59,907 bases of DNA, taken from positions 1 through 59,907 of the forward strand of contig CAXMPC010000068.1 of assembly GCA_964195335.1 (NCBI GenBank), written 5' to 3'. A program made the position numbers and the translations under genes. Source of the stretch: an uncultured Gammaproteobacteria bacterium. Its GTDB lineage: Bacteria; Pseudomonadota; Gammaproteobacteria; QNFN01. Below, one piece after another: positions 58,985-59,907 of this stretch (the first letter of the stretch is position 1; the number at the start of each line of letters is the position of its first letter). Under the pieces are notes generated by a model that saw only the letters and a program-made list of their open reading frames with translations, did not search any database and was not told the origin of the DNA.

Positions 58985-59218
58985 CGATACGTCATCCCGG
59001 TGCCTTCCACGCGAAGCGCCTGGTACGGATGCCCGTCACCGGGAAAGGCCCCTGGTCAGTCCATCTCGAACCCCGAGGCATCGAGTCAACTGGCAAGGTT
59101 AGCGAAACTGGATGACGAAGAAAACGGGAACCCCGAAGCTCCCCGTGGGGCTGCCGACAGTCGCTGAAGGCGCCACCCGGAGCCGTATGCCGATGGCGGC
59201 AAACGTTCCGGTCAGGCT

Positions 59219-59416
59219 TCAATCAGTTGGAGGCTGGGTCACATCGTCGGATTCGGACTGGGACGGGAGGGCGCTGTCGTCGGTCTCAGGAGTCGATTCG
59301 GCAGCCTCCTTCTCGGCTTTGGCGGCGAGCTTGGCCAGTCGTTTGGCTTCCTTTTTCTCGGCTTTGGCCTTGGCTCTGGCATTACGTTCGAACGAATAAT
59401 TGGGTTTTCGCGCCAT
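59219..59416 (-). CDS. Small charged protein, basic N-terminal half and acidic C-terminal half
   Basis: ATG 59416 with AGGAG upstream. MARKPNYSFERNARAKAKAEKKEAKRLAKLAAKAEKE, then an acidic Ser/Asp/Glu tail. 65 aa. Confidence 0.5.
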   Translation of the reverse strand: MARKPNYSFERNARAKAKAEKKEAKRLAKLAAKAEKEAAESTPETDDSALPSQSESDDVTQPPTD

Positions 59417-59619
59417 AGGGCATGTACTCCTGGCGAAATGGGGAACAGTCGTCGATAAGCAGGCATCAGGTGATGCGAGTGCCGTTGAAATTAAAGGGGG
59501 CGACTCGGCCGACGGTGCCAACGTTCCCTGAAAGGGCACCACTGTCACCGTCGAAACCGAGTCCAGACGTGATCGTCTGCCCCCTGGCCAGCCCTAAAGA
59601 GAGGACTGACCCAGGCCCG

Positions 59620-59823
59620 TCAGGCCTCCTTGAGATCAGAAGCCGCCTGCTTGCCGCGCTCCGTGGTGACCTCGTAGCTGATGCGCTGCCCTTCCGCCAG
59701 GGAACCCATGCCAGCGGCTTCGACAGCGCTGATGTGGACGAACACGTCCTTCGAGCCGTCTTCCGGCTGAATGAACCCGAAACCCTTCGCAGGATTGAAC
59801 CATTTGACAGTACCAGTAGCCAT
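59620..59823 (-). CDS. cspA: Cold-shock protein, CspA family
   Basis: ATG 59823 with GGAG upstream. [30 protein letters not shown] contains the RNP1 and RNP2 motifs. Confidence 0.95.
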   Translation of the reverse strand: MATGTVKWFNPAKGFGFIQPEDGSKDVFVHISAVEAAGMGSLAEGQRISYEVTTERGKQAASDLKEA

Positions 59824-59907
59824 TGGAAACTCCGTATACATTAATAGCCGCGCCAAATCGGGCGCGGAGACGAGCAATCGTGTCGAAGTGGGTATCCAGA
59901 CGGTGCA

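Overview
GC-rich (roughly two-thirds G+C by eye), almost fully coding chromosomal segment of gammaproteobacterial type, with about 65 genes. The taxon call is an inference from gene order and protein motifs. I recognised no rRNA, tRNA, CRISPR array, transposase or integrase.

Most of the window is core housekeeping in familiar arrangements:
- tsaC-purE and dprA-smg-topA.
- A LysM gene divergent from def-fmt-rsmB-DUF4390-ntrY/ntrX-like-trkA-trkH-hemB-ppk1-recG-ubiA.
- comF divergent from bioBFHCD, with a BirA-type operator between them.
- A complete aa3/caa3 cytochrome c oxidase structural and biogenesis cluster: cyoE, SURF1, DUF2909, coxC-cox11-coxA-coxB and COX15.
- djlA, a PAS-PAS-GGDEF-EAL protein, a convergent HDAC / Pat-like acetyltransferase pair, tolC, an Rrf2 regulator, tusE, yaeQ, a DEDDh exonuclease and cspA.

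The least ordinary stretch is about 45.5-53.7 kb:
- A stand-alone, apparently intact reverse-type DsrA gene with no dsrB or other dsr genes. It is bounded by a perfect bidirectional terminator and by 0.5 kb of frameshifted, decayed coding sequence.
- An eight-gene same-strand cluster: hemerythrin, DUF2249, an NnrS-like membrane protein, a lipoprotein, an orphan protein, a CMD-Rieske fusion, DUF2269 and DUF3237. It is headed by a textbook class II FNR/Dnr-type promoter, next to a Cys-less Crp/Fnr regulator.

Other points worth a second look:
- A degenerate heme-copper-oxidase-like membrane protein head-to-head with heme A synthase.
- A Cys-less IscR-like regulator with no isc genes.
- A structured tandem repeat array between two convergent genes.
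- A GGDEF-EAL protein with substituted catalytic motifs.

All family calls come from reading the translated ORFs by eye. No searches were run.
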